Positions 1 to 11,400 of a stretch of 58,233 bases of DNA are shown here, piece by piece. The stretch comes from a virus. Taxonomy: Duplodnaviria; Caudoviricetes. The notes beneath the pieces were generated by a model that was not told where the DNA came from, made no database searches, and worked only from the letters and a program-made list of their open reading frames with translations. The translations under genes and the position numbers were made by a program. Position 1 is the stretch's first letter, and each line of letters opens with the position of its first letter. The stretch covers positions 1 to 58,233 of IMG/VR virus record IMGVR_UViG_3300021379_002051. One strand, written 5' to 3'.

Positions 1-1150
1 TTTTAACGCATTTATCACATGTGGTACTAATATTATCTAAAGATGTTATTAAGTTGCTATATGATGAACCAGAAGAACCACTGTTTAGAGTTTTATAAAG
101 TTTAATATCGAAAGTTACGTCATTGGCTTGTGATCCTATGTAACTAGAACCCTGAGAATTAGCAGCAACATAATGCATAGAGCTTGAGCATTCAGAGTCG
201 CTGCAAAAAATAGTATCTAGCTCAAATATGTGTTGAGTTTTATTATTAATGGTACCGCTTTGAGGATAAACTACTATATCTTTATCTGTAATAATATTTT
301 CTATAACATAGTAATACGTTTGAGATGGATTTAGGTTAAGTATATCAACTTTTCTCGTATTGGTATCGCCAGTGCTAGATGTTAAAACTTGATTTTGAAC
401 AGTGAGAATTTCAGGAGAGTCTGGTAAGCAATTCTCGCAAATAGCTTCCACTATAGAGCTAGTGTCCTCCACATCTTCATCATCGATTAGTACAAATTTA
501 AATCCGGCATAATAATCATCCCTGTCGTCCAATTGATATTGCGATAATAAGCCTTCTGTTGGACAACCGACGCCGCTTTCACAAACATCTGCTGTAAATG
601 TTAAAGTTTTGGTTTGCTCATATGTTTTAAAACTTCCTCCTGTAGGAGTAACATACATAGGCCAATTACCAAATAATGATCTTATTTCATAAGTATAATT
701 GGTTCCTATTTCCAATCCGTCAATATGAATATTAAAATCTGCTTGAGCATTATTAGATTTCAACAGATTAACAAATTGAGGAGATTCGATATGCAGAGTA
801 GGTCTACATTCCGGGCAATGTATTTTTTCTGTTTTGGATAAAATAGAAATATCGTTGGAATCTTTAACATCAAGTTGTAAAGTGTTAAATAGGTCTAAAT
901 CTGTCAATAAATTTTCATTAAAAGACAAATAGCCATCAGAAAGAGGATTACAGGCTAGAGATCCACTATTAGCGCAAAAAGATACATTAGCAGAAAGATG
1001 GTATTTCCCTTCATTATCTGTGGTAAAATAACCACTAGCAGGACTTACTATAGCAGGCCAATTTCCTCCCAAACCACTAAATTCAAAGTAGTATCTTTCA
1101 AAAGGTACAAATCCATTTAGATTGGCGTTATATGCTACGTTTTTAGACAT
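1..1150 (-). CDS. Cys-rich repeat virion/tail-associated protein, partial (runs off left edge)
   Basis: Not in ORF track. ATG at 1150 (MSKNVAYNANLNGFVPFERYYFEFSGLGGNWPAIVSPASGYF); the same frame reads ...CDKCVK at the window edge. Same NWP..P.SG.F repeat as the next two ORFs. Confidence 0.75.
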   Translation of the reverse strand, partial: MSKNVAYNANLNGFVPFERYYFEFSGLGGNWPAIVSPASGYFTTDNEGKYHLSANVSFCANSGSLACNPLSDGYLSFNENLLTDLDLFNTLQLDVKDSNDISILSKTEKIHCPECRPTLHIESPQFVNLLKSNNAQADFNIHIDGLEIGTNYTYEIRSLFGNWPMYVTPTGGSFKTYEQTKTLTFTADVCESGVGCPTEGLLSQYQLDDRDDYYAGFKFVLIDDEDVEDTSSIVEAICENCLPDSPEILTVQNQVLTSSTGDTNTRKVDILNLNPSQTYYYVIENIITDKDIVVYPQSGTINNKTQHIFELDTIFCSDSECSSSMHYVAANSQGSSYIGSQANDVTFDIKLYKTLNSGSSGSSYSNLITSLDNISTTCDKCVK

Positions 1151-1225
1151 TTTTTACCCTCTTTAGGTCTTATTATGAGATGCTAGCTTAATATTATTAT
1201 ACACTATATTTGTCGAAATTTCCTA

Positions 1226-2959
1226 TTAATTGCTCACACTAGAGGACACTGCAGCAGACGGCCCTCCTTGCGCAGAGCCCTGAATGGATAACGTGGTTGT
1301 TGGAGAACTATAGAAAATATTATCAGTATCTATGTCTGATAGTATGATATTATATTCTATATATTTGTCTGACCCAATAGAAAACGATTCGGTTGCTGGT
1401 ACCATATTATTAGTACCAGAAGGACAGGAATTATTACTAATACAGAATTTAATATTGCCTTCAATATCTGCATTATAAATATTTCCATTAAATCCAGCGT
1501 TAAGAATACGAATGTCGTTATACCGAACAACACCTGTCGCATTTTCTATAATAATTGGCCAATTAGATTTAGATACGGAAATTTGATATTTTAAATTCCT
1601 GACAGATGTTTGCACAATATGATTATAGGATCCATCGTCTTCGTGAACAGTATCGATCATTGGACCTGGGCCCTGAAGACCATTGATTTCTAAGGTATTT
1701 TCGTATAAAATATTATTAGAATCTGCAGATTTAGCATATAGTCTTGTTGATAATTGGCAAGATCTAGCAACATCTAGACTAGGATTAAAATCTGATCTAT
1801 TGATGTTAGAATTGCCCGAGTTATGAATATCTAAAAAGTTTAATAAGACAGACATTTGATAAGTACCAGTATTTGGTCTATCTTTATATGAATGATCAGA
1901 TAATAAAATATCATGATTAGATATGCTCAAATTTTCAATGTCATCAGAATAAATATACCAATTAGCCTCTGTTTTACTTAGATCTAATTCATAGTCCATA
2001 TAGGGATCAAGATTATGAAAATCAAAATCAACCTTTATTAATCCATCATTTTTATATGTTTGATCTACGGTAAAATTAGTAATTACAGGATAATCTGGAT
2101 CCGATTTAGCAGCATACGCCGTAAAGACATTAGCTATAGCAACGGTGCCTGTGTTATCAATAGTATCTTCTTTAAGCCTTAAGCTCCAACTAGTTGCTCT
2201 CAAACTATTAGCCATCATTCCAATATCAGAAACCTTATAGGTATTATTTAGATAATCAGTTAAATCATTATTATACGGCAATAATCCTTCTACTTGACCT
2301 TCAACACAAACGCCAGTATTAGCGCATGAACATAGCGTGATGGGTAGTCTGTATGTGGTGTTTTGATAAACATTAAACGACCCTGTAGGAGGAGTAACTA
2401 TTGTAGGCCAACTAGAATTATCTGCTTCGATATTGTAATAGTATGTGGTTTGTTTTTTCAGGTTGCTTATTGCAAAATGACCATGATTACAATCATTAAT
2501 ATGCAGTTGATCAAAATCAACAGATGGTACTATATCTACACTAGATGTGTCTTCGCCAAAATCACAGCCATTACAAGTAACAGAAACAAAATCACTGTAG
2601 ATAATTTCGCCATCAGCCTCTAATTTAACCACAAAACTATTGTATACCGGATCATTAGTAATAGTTTCTGTATATTCTAACAGACCCACAGTATCGTCTG
2701 GGCACTCTGTAGTATTACCGCAAAAAACTATATTAAAATCTAGAACTTTAGATTTATCGGTGGCTGTAAAAGTTCCGCTAGCCGGTAAAACAACCGCAGG
2801 ATGATTACCTCCCTTAGGAACTATAGAATAATTATATGTTTGTCTTTTAATCAATCCAACGAACAACACCTCGGTATTAAACAATCTGCTATGAGAATTT
2901 GCTGCGTCTGTCACAACTCCAGTCTGAGCAATAAATTCTGTATTAAAATTTGATTTCAT
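1226..2959 (-). CDS. Cys-rich repeat putative virion protein
   Basis: ORF 1226..3028; likely start MKSNF at 2959 avoids overlap. Repeats of NL..Y.Y...(N/S)WP..P..G.F...FC...C. Confidence 0.7.
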   Translation of the reverse strand: MKSNFNTEFIAQTGVVTDAANSHSRLFNTEVLFVGLIKRQTYNYSIVPKGGNHPAVVLPASGTFTATDKSKVLDFNIVFCGNTTECPDDTVGLLEYTETITNDPVYNSFVVKLEADGEIIYSDFVSVTCNGCDFGEDTSSVDIVPSVDFDQLHINDCNHGHFAISNLKKQTTYYYNIEADNSSWPTIVTPPTGSFNVYQNTTYRLPITLCSCANTGVCVEGQVEGLLPYNNDLTDYLNNTYKVSDIGMMANSLRATSWSLRLKEDTIDNTGTVAIANVFTAYAAKSDPDYPVITNFTVDQTYKNDGLIKVDFDFHNLDPYMDYELDLSKTEANWYIYSDDIENLSISNHDILLSDHSYKDRPNTGTYQMSVLLNFLDIHNSGNSNINRSDFNPSLDVARSCQLSTRLYAKSADSNNILYENTLEINGLQGPGPMIDTVHEDDGSYNHIVQTSVRNLKYQISVSKSNWPIIIENATGVVRYNDIRILNAGFNGNIYNADIEGNIKFCISNNSCPSGTNNMVPATESFSIGSDKYIEYNIILSDIDTDNIFYSSPTTTLSIQGSAQGGPSAAVSSSVSN

Positions 2960-2969
2960 AATTTTGACC

Positions 2970-4205
2970 TTATAAGCAATTATTACAATATATTGTTGTA
3001 CTATAAGAAGTGTATTGTTCTTGCACATCGCATGACGTACTTCGTACAGATATATTCATACTAATATAGTACGATTCTACAAACTTAGCCGCTTGATTGT
3101 AAGCGAATACACTTTCGTTGTCTACTGGGCAAAAACTTGGGGCAGGGCAGAAGCTGATTGACATTGGTTTAATAAACTCTCTATTGGCGGCTGTAAACGT
3201 ACCGCTTGTGGATGTATTGAAAATTACAGGCCAATTAGCGTCTAATACATTCACTTGATATTCATAAGATTTACCGGGAGTCAAATTGTCAAAAAATGCG
3301 AACCAACTATACAAACTTACACCCTCTTCACTAAGCGTGTAATCGGCAAATTCGGTAGATTCTGCTGTTAGATTAAATACTCGCATATTAGGCAGACAAT
3401 CTTTGCAAATAGCTGTAATATCATCACTCAGTATAGAGTCTGCCTCAAAGCTGATTGGTGTAATTTCTAGTCTATATATCTGATATAGATTTAATGTATC
3501 ATTATTACCTGAAACACCTACTGATTCTGGATAATGTAGCAGGCCTGGGTCACCTTCTGAGCAGCAACCTGTAGTCGCACAAAATTTCAAATTACTTTTT
3601 ATAGTCGCTGAATCCAGAATAGGTTTAAATGTTCCGGAAACAGGGCTGAATGTTACTGGCCAATTATTGTCCACATGTTTAAACTCATACTTATATGTCT
3701 CTCCATTTTCCAATCTTGACATATTGAATGCCACAATCTGGCTATTTGTTGGCTCAATAGATAGACTGCCAGCACCAGGCGATGGCCTATCAAAAACCGT
3801 ATCAGTAAATGATATAGATGGAACATTAAATGTTTCCGAACTCTCTAACAATACCTGTGATTCTCCACTAACTACTGGAATCTGTAAAGGTAATGCTGAT
3901 TCGTCTCGTAAAATAAAATAATATCCAGCTTTTGGTTGTAATTTTTGCAGTGTTGAGTTTTCACTAGGACTAAAAGCAACCTGACCTGTACCAAAACCAG
4001 AGTTTTGATCATCTCTTCTAGTCCAAAATACCGGTATAGTGCCACTAGAATTTTGACTAGCATAAATAGACACGATATTTTGCATAAATCTATTGTAGAT
4101 TAATAGAGAATCAGCGTTACCGCTAATTGAAGGTGGAACACTCATAAGGTCTAATGGTTGAGCGCCAGGATAGTAGGATATAAAAAATTGACTATTAATA
4201 TACAT
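2970..4205 (-). CDS. Cys-rich repeat putative virion protein
   Basis: 411 aa; two NWPV..SGTF...FC repeats, each followed by CxxC. Confidence 0.7.
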   Translation of the reverse strand: MYINSQFFISYYPGAQPLDLMSVPPSISGNADSLLIYNRFMQNIVSIYASQNSSGTIPVFWTRRDDQNSGFGTGQVAFSPSENSTLQKLQPKAGYYFILRDESALPLQIPVVSGESQVLLESSETFNVPSISFTDTVFDRPSPGAGSLSIEPTNSQIVAFNMSRLENGETYKYEFKHVDNNWPVTFSPVSGTFKPILDSATIKSNLKFCATTGCCSEGDPGLLHYPESVGVSGNNDTLNLYQIYRLEITPISFEADSILSDDITAICKDCLPNMRVFNLTAESTEFADYTLSEEGVSLYSWFAFFDNLTPGKSYEYQVNVLDANWPVIFNTSTSGTFTAANREFIKPMSISFCPAPSFCPVDNESVFAYNQAAKFVESYYISMNISVRSTSCDVQEQYTSYSTTIYCNNCL

Positions 4206-4250
4206 GTGTTTTGGTCCCGTTAAGCTATATAATTATGCATACACCATATG

Positions 4251-5138
4251 TCAAAGATCTTCATTACAGGGTCCTAATCTATAAATTCTACCACCGATAT
4301 AGAAAGAGCTAGCATTTGGAATATTTGTTTTTTCTGTATCGTTGGGTAGTAAAGTCTGATTTTGCGCTGGTACTCGTACTATAATAGAATTGTCATTAGT
4401 ATTATTAACAAATTTTAATAGGGTTTTACCCTGATAGGAATAAGTCCAGTTATTCTTTTCAGATAAATAAATGTAGTTATCTGTAGAAGATCTTCTTAAC
4501 AAACTCTCAGCACTATCACAGCCCGTTCGTAAGTTTATTGTGATGGGTTTATCTTGAAGACTAATAACTCCACCGGTATTGTTATTTTTAATCGGTGGGA
4601 ATATTTCCACCTGATTACTACCAAAAATACTTACCACTCTTGAACCATCTTCAAAATAATCAGACCCAGAAACTGTACTACCAATATTAATAACTTCTAC
4701 ATTTTTTAATGTAATATATGTACCACCATTTGGGCCATTGAAATTAGTATTAGAAAAATCAAATGTAGTACTATAAGTAACTGTTGATACGCATTTAAGT
4801 TTAATATATTTAGTTTTCAACAATTGATTATATCTATCATATATTTGCAATTTAAACAGAGTATTAGTTTCTCCCTCATGTACAGAATCGATATTTACCA
4901 CAGTAATTGGTATAAAAGATCGTGAAGATAGAGAATATTGATCCGGAGAAATGCTTACCTGATATGGGGGAGTTAAGGGGGCTTGAGACTCTGTGCTAAT
5001 CTTGATGAAATATTCTTCGGCTGGAGGCAAATCTAAGATATCGCCAAAATCTATAGTAACACCATCTTCACATTCTTGATTATCGTAAGAAATGGTATTA
5101 ATCACACCGCCACTAGGTATTACAAAATCTTCTGCCAT
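4251..5138 (-). CDS. hypothetical tail-module protein
   Basis: 295 aa ORF in tight operon. Confidence 0.6.
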   Translation of the reverse strand: MAEDFVIPSGGVINTISYDNQECEDGVTIDFGDILDLPPAEEYFIKISTESQAPLTPPYQVSISPDQYSLSSRSFIPITVVNIDSVHEGETNTLFKLQIYDRYNQLLKTKYIKLKCVSTVTYSTTFDFSNTNFNGPNGGTYITLKNVEVINIGSTVSGSDYFEDGSRVVSIFGSNQVEIFPPIKNNNTGGVISLQDKPITINLRTGCDSAESLLRRSSTDNYIYLSEKNNWTYSYQGKTLLKFVNNTNDNSIIVRVPAQNQTLLPNDTEKTNIPNASSFYIGGRIYRLGPCNEDL

Positions 5139-5153
5139 AATTAAAACCCTATG

Positions 5154-5693
5154 CTATTGTGTTTTCTCGCATCCTATTGTAATCAAATTCTCTGATAGAA
5201 CTTTACCTTCCGACTGAACTGTGAATTTAAAAATAGATATATTATTGGTTTGATTAATTATTAATTCAATCGGTATAATAGCTTGTCTCAAAGATACGTC
5301 TACCTGTTGTTGATTTTCAGTAATAGTTTCTACATATTGTGAGTATTGAGGCGTGGCCATTATAATTTCTGAATTATTATTTGTTAGCTCTACCAGACTA
5401 AAAACATATTCTTTGGGTGCCAGTTTAAGATTTCTGACTATATAAACTAGAGAATCTCCAGAACAGCATAGCTCTTTGATTTGTCCAGAAACTGCAGCAT
5501 TCTTATATTCTAAATAGATTTCTGGAGTTGGCTCAAAACATATGTTTTGCCCTACAAATTCTACGATATTACCCGAAACCAATTTGGTATACAGCTTGCC
5601 TGTTACAGCATTCATTACTAATTCTCCAACTTCCAACTGGTCTGGATGAGGGAAAGATTCGCTTTGTGTGTCTCTTTTTAAAAATATTTTCAT
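5154..5693 (-). CDS. tail-fibre-associated protein with Mtd-N-like head motif
   Basis: N-terminal IFLKR..P..LEVGELVMN..TGKLYTK, typical of phage fibre N-termini; start MKIFLK chosen. Confidence 0.55.
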   Translation of the reverse strand: MKIFLKRDTQSESFPHPDQLEVGELVMNAVTGKLYTKLVSGNIVEFVGQNICFEPTPEIYLEYKNAAVSGQIKELCCSGDSLVYIVRNLKLAPKEYVFSLVELTNNNSEIIMATPQYSQYVETITENQQQVDVSLRQAIIPIELIINQTNNISIFKFTVQSEGKVLSENLITIGCEKTQ

Positions 5694-8389
5694 ACTCTGC
5701 AAACTCCTGTAAACAATATATCTCCGAAATCCCAGTTACTCAAAACCTCTTCTTCCTCAGCTAGTCTTTTTTCTATAGCCTCTTGTTCTAATTCTGGAGG
5801 AATATTACCACTCATATAAACATATGAAAAAGCACTTTGTCCTGACGGATTTATTGCGCTAACTCTATACGTATAATTATTACCGTTAACAAGGCCATAT
5901 ATAGTTTCTTGATACCAATCTGTACCATCTATATCAATAATATTATTGTCGCCAATTAGATTATCCATAGTATTATAATAAATCCATGTTTTGCCTTTGT
6001 CTGTAGATTCTTCAATCAGAAAACCTTCCACAGGTACAGAACCTGCCGATAAAGATGATTGCCAGCTCAATTTAACGTAAGAAGTAGTATTAGTTGTCGA
6101 TTCATCGACGAAATATCTTATTCCACTTAAACCATATACTCTGGAAGGAACATTCAAATTAGACTCATATACACCGTAAGCATTACCGGTATCTGATATG
6201 GCCCTGTCTCCTATACCAATACTATTCTGAGCAGTAATGCCGAATATATACTCTACGCCGGGTATAAGGTTTGAAACAGTAGCATAGCGAGTATAATCTA
6301 GTGGTCTATCAATAGATGATTCTGGTATTTCTGCCCAAGTTTCTCCATTGTCTAATGAAAAATCTATATAATAATATAATACATCCTTACCTCCAGACGG
6401 AGCGTCCGACCAATCAATTGACGCATCTCCATTTCCATTGATCACCACTCTAATGTTTGAGGCAAGTCCTGGTGCAGTAGGGTTAGGAGTAGGTATTCTT
6501 GGTGTAACCTTGCCCTGTCTATCTATTGTTAATAATGAATTAGCAATGTACTCACCACTATTGTCTACCGATGGTGGTGGCACAAAGTACAGCCCGCTAG
6601 TAACAATTTCGTCAGTATATGTTATTCCTCTAACGGTAAAATGAGCATATAAGTTTAACTCATTGTAATCACTAGACGTTTTGTTTGGCGGCATATGATA
6701 AAAAGGTATGTCTAAATCGCCATTATTTTTAATACTATCTACAACATATGGTTTATAAGTATTGACACAAACTTTTGCAGACTGTTCCAGGGTGTATCCA
6801 GAAGGTATGGTTTTTTCTCTATCAAGCCATTGACTAAAAAATACTCCAGATCTAGCTGTTCCTACAGCAGAATCTGGCTGATATGCATCAACAAAAAATC
6901 CAGGCATCATACCCGTAGGAAGTAGAGAATCATCTTTGTCGAAGAAAACACCAGAATAATTATTGTGTTCTAAATTCATTTTGCCGTAAATTGCAAAATC
7001 TACATCTTCTGCCAATGTATTAAAAGCAGTGCTTATATTTGGCCTGATGCTTATTTGGTTTTGAGTACTCGGTTTGAATGTGTACGTTTCTCCATCAATA
7101 TTTGAACTAGCGCTACATCTCAATATTCCTTTAGCATCTTTGTCTAGCCCCATACTCAAATAGGCGCCTCTAGTAACACTATAGATATAATATGCTCCGT
7201 CAGGAATACCGCTAACATCAGAAAGATAAAAGCCGTCTTCTCCGTTATTTGATTCGGGATCAAATCCGGGTTTACTTATTAAACCATTATTATTAGACTG
7301 GGTTTGATCATTATCACTTGGCTGCTCATCGCCTGCTCCGCCTCCGCAAATATCAAAATTCAAAACCGATAATTTGTTACCTAAGGAATCGGTAAAAGGA
7401 CCCTCCGGAGCATCTAATTCGAAGATTTCAGTATCTACATCCGTAGAGTCTGTAGACAGATAGCTAATAACGCTCGCTATTTTGGCGTAAGTTACTTCTC
7501 TTGTAGTAGCCTTAACCAACGCAATAGTATCAGCTATTTTAAATTCTTCATTAAAAGATAATCCTTGCTCAGCTTGATTGTCTAATGCGTCTGGAGAACC
7601 ACTAGCTTTAATACCTAAACCAGCCCATTCTGGCGTAGTAGTTGGTAATAATACAGTGCTATTATTAGGACTAGAAGGTTTTCTACCTAAAATATAACAA
7701 GGTCTTTTAGGGTATCTGTGAAACAAAGCGCCCTCGGCGTCTAAATAGCTGGCCGGGGTCCATACAGCTTCTCCGTCAGAACCACTATGTGTTAAAATGG
7801 AACCTCTGTAAGCAGGAAAAGCTGGTCCTATTTGTATGTGTTCACAAATAAAATTTGCATCATTACCAGAAACATAAACTTTAGGAGGTATAATTATTGG
7901 TTCTCCGCCTTCTTCTTCTGGCGGTATAATCTGTTGTGGCTCTAATACTATTTCAGAAAAACTTTTTAATTTGTTTCCGCTCGGATCTATCCACAAAGCG
8001 TTAGATGCAGATAGTGTTGGCATGGTGATTTCGCCGCTAGTAATTACTATATTTTGATCAACAGCATGGGTATCATCGGTTTCTTTATATATTAAACCTC
8101 CAGAAGGTCCAACATATCTAGGAATAGGATTACCGCTTACATCAACAGACCTGATATTTTCTGCTCTAAGCTCTTTGACTCTTATACCACTAGCATCTAC
8201 AAACCCAGGTGTGATTAATTCTATACCACTACCACCCACAAGATACATAGTAGTAGGAGCAACTAAACAACTATATTTGCTACTAATAATATTTTTATAA
8301 GTAGTGTCTATGGCTCTATTGCCAGTTTCTAGTTTTAGCCCAGCCCAATCATTTGGGCCTAATATTGTATACCATTTTTCAGTTGCCAT
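5690..8389 (-). CDS. tail protein with two C-terminal fibronectin type III domains
   Basis: APG..NIRV..ASIDWSDAPSGG..YYIDFS..NLIPGVEYIFGITAQNSIGIG and a second LSW..GLVNGNNYTYRVSAINPSGQS. Confidence 0.75.
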   Translation of the reverse strand: MATEKWYTILGPNDWAGLKLETGNRAIDTTYKNIISSKYSCLVAPTTMYLVGGSGIELITPGFVDASGIRVKELRAENIRSVDVSGNPIPRYVGPSGGLIYKETDDTHAVDQNIVITSGEITMPTLSASNALWIDPSGNKLKSFSEIVLEPQQIIPPEEEGGEPIIIPPKVYVSGNDANFICEHIQIGPAFPAYRGSILTHSGSDGEAVWTPASYLDAEGALFHRYPKRPCYILGRKPSSPNNSTVLLPTTTPEWAGLGIKASGSPDALDNQAEQGLSFNEEFKIADTIALVKATTREVTYAKIASVISYLSTDSTDVDTEIFELDAPEGPFTDSLGNKLSVLNFDICGGGAGDEQPSDNDQTQSNNNGLISKPGFDPESNNGEDGFYLSDVSGIPDGAYYIYSVTRGAYLSMGLDKDAKGILRCSASSNIDGETYTFKPSTQNQISIRPNISTAFNTLAEDVDFAIYGKMNLEHNNYSGVFFDKDDSLLPTGMMPGFFVDAYQPDSAVGTARSGVFFSQWLDREKTIPSGYTLEQSAKVCVNTYKPYVVDSIKNNGDLDIPFYHMPPNKTSSDYNELNLYAHFTVRGITYTDEIVTSGLYFVPPPSVDNSGEYIANSLLTIDRQGKVTPRIPTPNPTAPGLASNIRVVINGNGDASIDWSDAPSGGKDVLYYYIDFSLDNGETWAEIPESSIDRPLDYTRYATVSNLIPGVEYIFGITAQNSIGIGDRAISDTGNAYGVYESNLNVPSRVYGLSGIRYFVDESTTNTTSYVKLSWQSSLSAGSVPVEGFLIEESTDKGKTWIYYNTMDNLIGDNNIIDIDGTDWYQETIYGLVNGNNYTYRVSAINPSGQSAFSYVYMSGNIPPELEQEAIEKRLAEEEEVLSNWDFGDILFTGVCRV

Positions 8390-8404
8390 AATTATTTGTA
8401 CTCT

Positions 8405-11400
8405 TTAAAAGAAACCAGGACCTATTATCGAATCAAATGCAGGATTATTAATATCAATAACATCAGGTTCAGCTCCGGGCTCAAAAATATTTGGAGGGTC
8501 AGATCCTTCGCAAGAACAACCGCCGCCAACCATAGCTTGACAATTTAAGTTAGCACATGGACATATGCAATATATGCTACCTGCTGCAACCTCTCCAACC
8601 TTAACAGCGTTGATAAGTCTAGGATCATCCAGTGGTACTCCAGACGTTCTTAAAAATTCGCTACAATGGTTGGGGCACAGCCTATCACCAACAACATCTG
8701 CTGGAGGAATCCAATCTGTGCTCAAATCAGGTATTTCTTGACTTACACCATTTATAACAGTAGATTCCGATGTGGTTGTGGCGGAAGACACAGTGCTACC
8801 TATACCACCAACAGTATCGGTACCGCCAGCAAAAGCACCATTGCAATTGATATACTTAGAAGCTGATTTGATGCTGCCATCACCAACAATAATATGATCG
8901 GCATACAGCCAACCTTTTACGCTTAGATTTGCATACGTATTACATATTAACCCTTGGTCATCAATACCGCTGCCAACCAAATGAGGGGTTTCTGTTTTAA
9001 TAGATACAGCAGAGACGTCTTGACTACTATAATTATCTAGATTTTCAAAATAAGCAGCTTTATGCCACTGATTCAAATTCGGTAAATAGTATTTTTGATC
9101 AGGGTTTTTTGTCACAATAAAAGAATCGGTGCCAATTTCAAAGATATTATAGGCTCCATCATCTAGTACCACATCTATATCTGAAGGTGATTGAGGAGCA
9201 CCATTATGTAGCCAATTAATAAATCTTAATGAGCTAATATAATCAATATAAACTACAGGCTTATTCTCCATACCTGTTTTTATAGAATATTCCCATGGAG
9301 ACCCAGAGCTTGATCTATATCTTGTAATGCCACCTACTACATCAGAACCCATTCTGGAATCATAAAGACCTCTATCATTATATTGTGCTACTATATTGAG
9401 GAATTTAACATACTGATCGTTAATAACCGTAAAAATTGCAATTCTATATTTATTTCTGACCATACCAAGATTCATTACTTCAGAAGCAATGTATCTTTGA
9501 TTGTCAGGTAAATACTCATATATTGTTGCTTGGTCAGATAGATTATTTTCATATCCTACTGTAGCAAAATTCATATTGAGACCAGTAGCGTTTTCAATAT
9601 AATCCAAAGAGGCTTCAAACTCTAAGCCTGGTATACTAGCAACTCTCAGACCAACATCATCATGTCCAGAAATAGCAGATAAACTCTGTATACTCCTAAG
9701 ACCACTAGACAGAATACTTGCTCCGTTAAAATCCACACCGCTAGCACTTGTTTTATATGAACCACCAGCAGAATACATGAATGAGGGTCTAGATGTTACC
9801 GCTAAATCATCTATCCATTCGTAAACATTACCATTCTGATCATATGTTCCAAAAAATGAAGGTCTACCATTAGTACCTACATCAGATATCAAACCGTTAT
9901 ATAACACATCACCAGGATCATTAAGCCTATTATAATTAGCAGAATTATTATGATTACTAATACCCTCTCCACTACTATTAATGGTAATAGGAAAAGGTTC
10001 ATATGCTTGAGCCACTCTGTCTTTTGGACAAGGCTCACACTTGGGCAAGCTCATAGCAAAATTATGATAAAATCCAGAAGGTGTATTAATTTTTCCAACA
10101 TTTGCTTTAACATACAAAGCGGGTTCTGCATCTGTGCCATATACCTTAAAATCAATATCCTTCTGAGCAGTATTAAATGTTGTAGCCAGATTGGGTCTAG
10201 AACTAAGTATATTCTGTGTTGAGTCGCTTACCGTTCCAGGAGCAACACTTTTACCCATTACAAAATAACCACCTTTAGTAATATTTACAACTTCAACATC
10301 TGTTAGTTGCGTCCGTCCTAAAGATTGTCCAACAGTAAACTCGCTAATCACACCATCTGCTACAAAAACCGCTCCTATAGTACGATAAGTTCTTACTCCA
10401 TTAATCAATAGTTCTACTTGATCTCCAACAGAATATTCACTGAAAGGAACAACTGTTTGAAAAATAATACTTCTATTGTAAACAGTAGCTAATCTTGTAG
10501 TATATTTAAACCAATTAACATCATTGTCTGTTCTAAAAAATTCATCAACATCATAAATACCCGTAATATATCCGCCAGTAGCAGTAGAAAGAATTTTATT
10601 AGCGCTTACAGGTAATTTAGGAGAAGTCGCTGCTATAATCTGATTATCAGAACCGATAGAAAGAACACTATCTGTAGATATATTAGGTATGATAATATTA
10701 TTTGACGATAATTCTGTTGCAGAAACAGTCGGTAAAGTTAGCGTACTAGCACTACTATTGCCAACACTAATATTGTCTGCATCAATATTTACGGCAGATG
10801 ATATGATCGTAGTATCGCCATCGGGATTACTAATTTTAATGTCAGATGCAGACTCTAGACTAATACCAGTGTTACTAATTTTTATAGCTTCGTTATTATA
10901 TATAGCATTAATACCAGAAGTGTTATCTAAAGAAATGTGATTGCTGGAAATACCAAGCCTGGAATAGTCGGAAGAAGATCTAAAAGTTCTGACGTAAGAC
11001 CCGGCATCGGAAGTGTATACATCAAATCTGCCTTTTCTATTAGCGTCGTCAGACAGTTCGGCCACACCCTTTAATCTAACATAATCAATATCATTAGATA
11101 TATTATCAGAAGAATTAGAAGCCATATAAATTTCTGCAATAACATCGCCATCAGAAATAGTTGTACCTGTTGGTTTATGGAAAAGTGTAATGTTTGCGGG
11201 GTGGCAAACGGATCTATTATCTAATCGTATACCTTCTGAGCAGCTCATATTGACAAGATGCATCAGAGTCTGTGGGCTAGTACCAGAAGGTATGTTAAGA
11301 CCTAACCTTCCATCATAATCAAAATATAAATTTCTGGTTCCGCTACCATTTACAATAAAACTGCTATTTTGTTTATCTTGGTTTATAACAGTATCATAAT

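Noticed and set aside
9040-10000. Diversity-generating retroelement targeting the CLec domain
   Set aside because: No reverse transcriptase and no template/variable repeat pair seen in this window.
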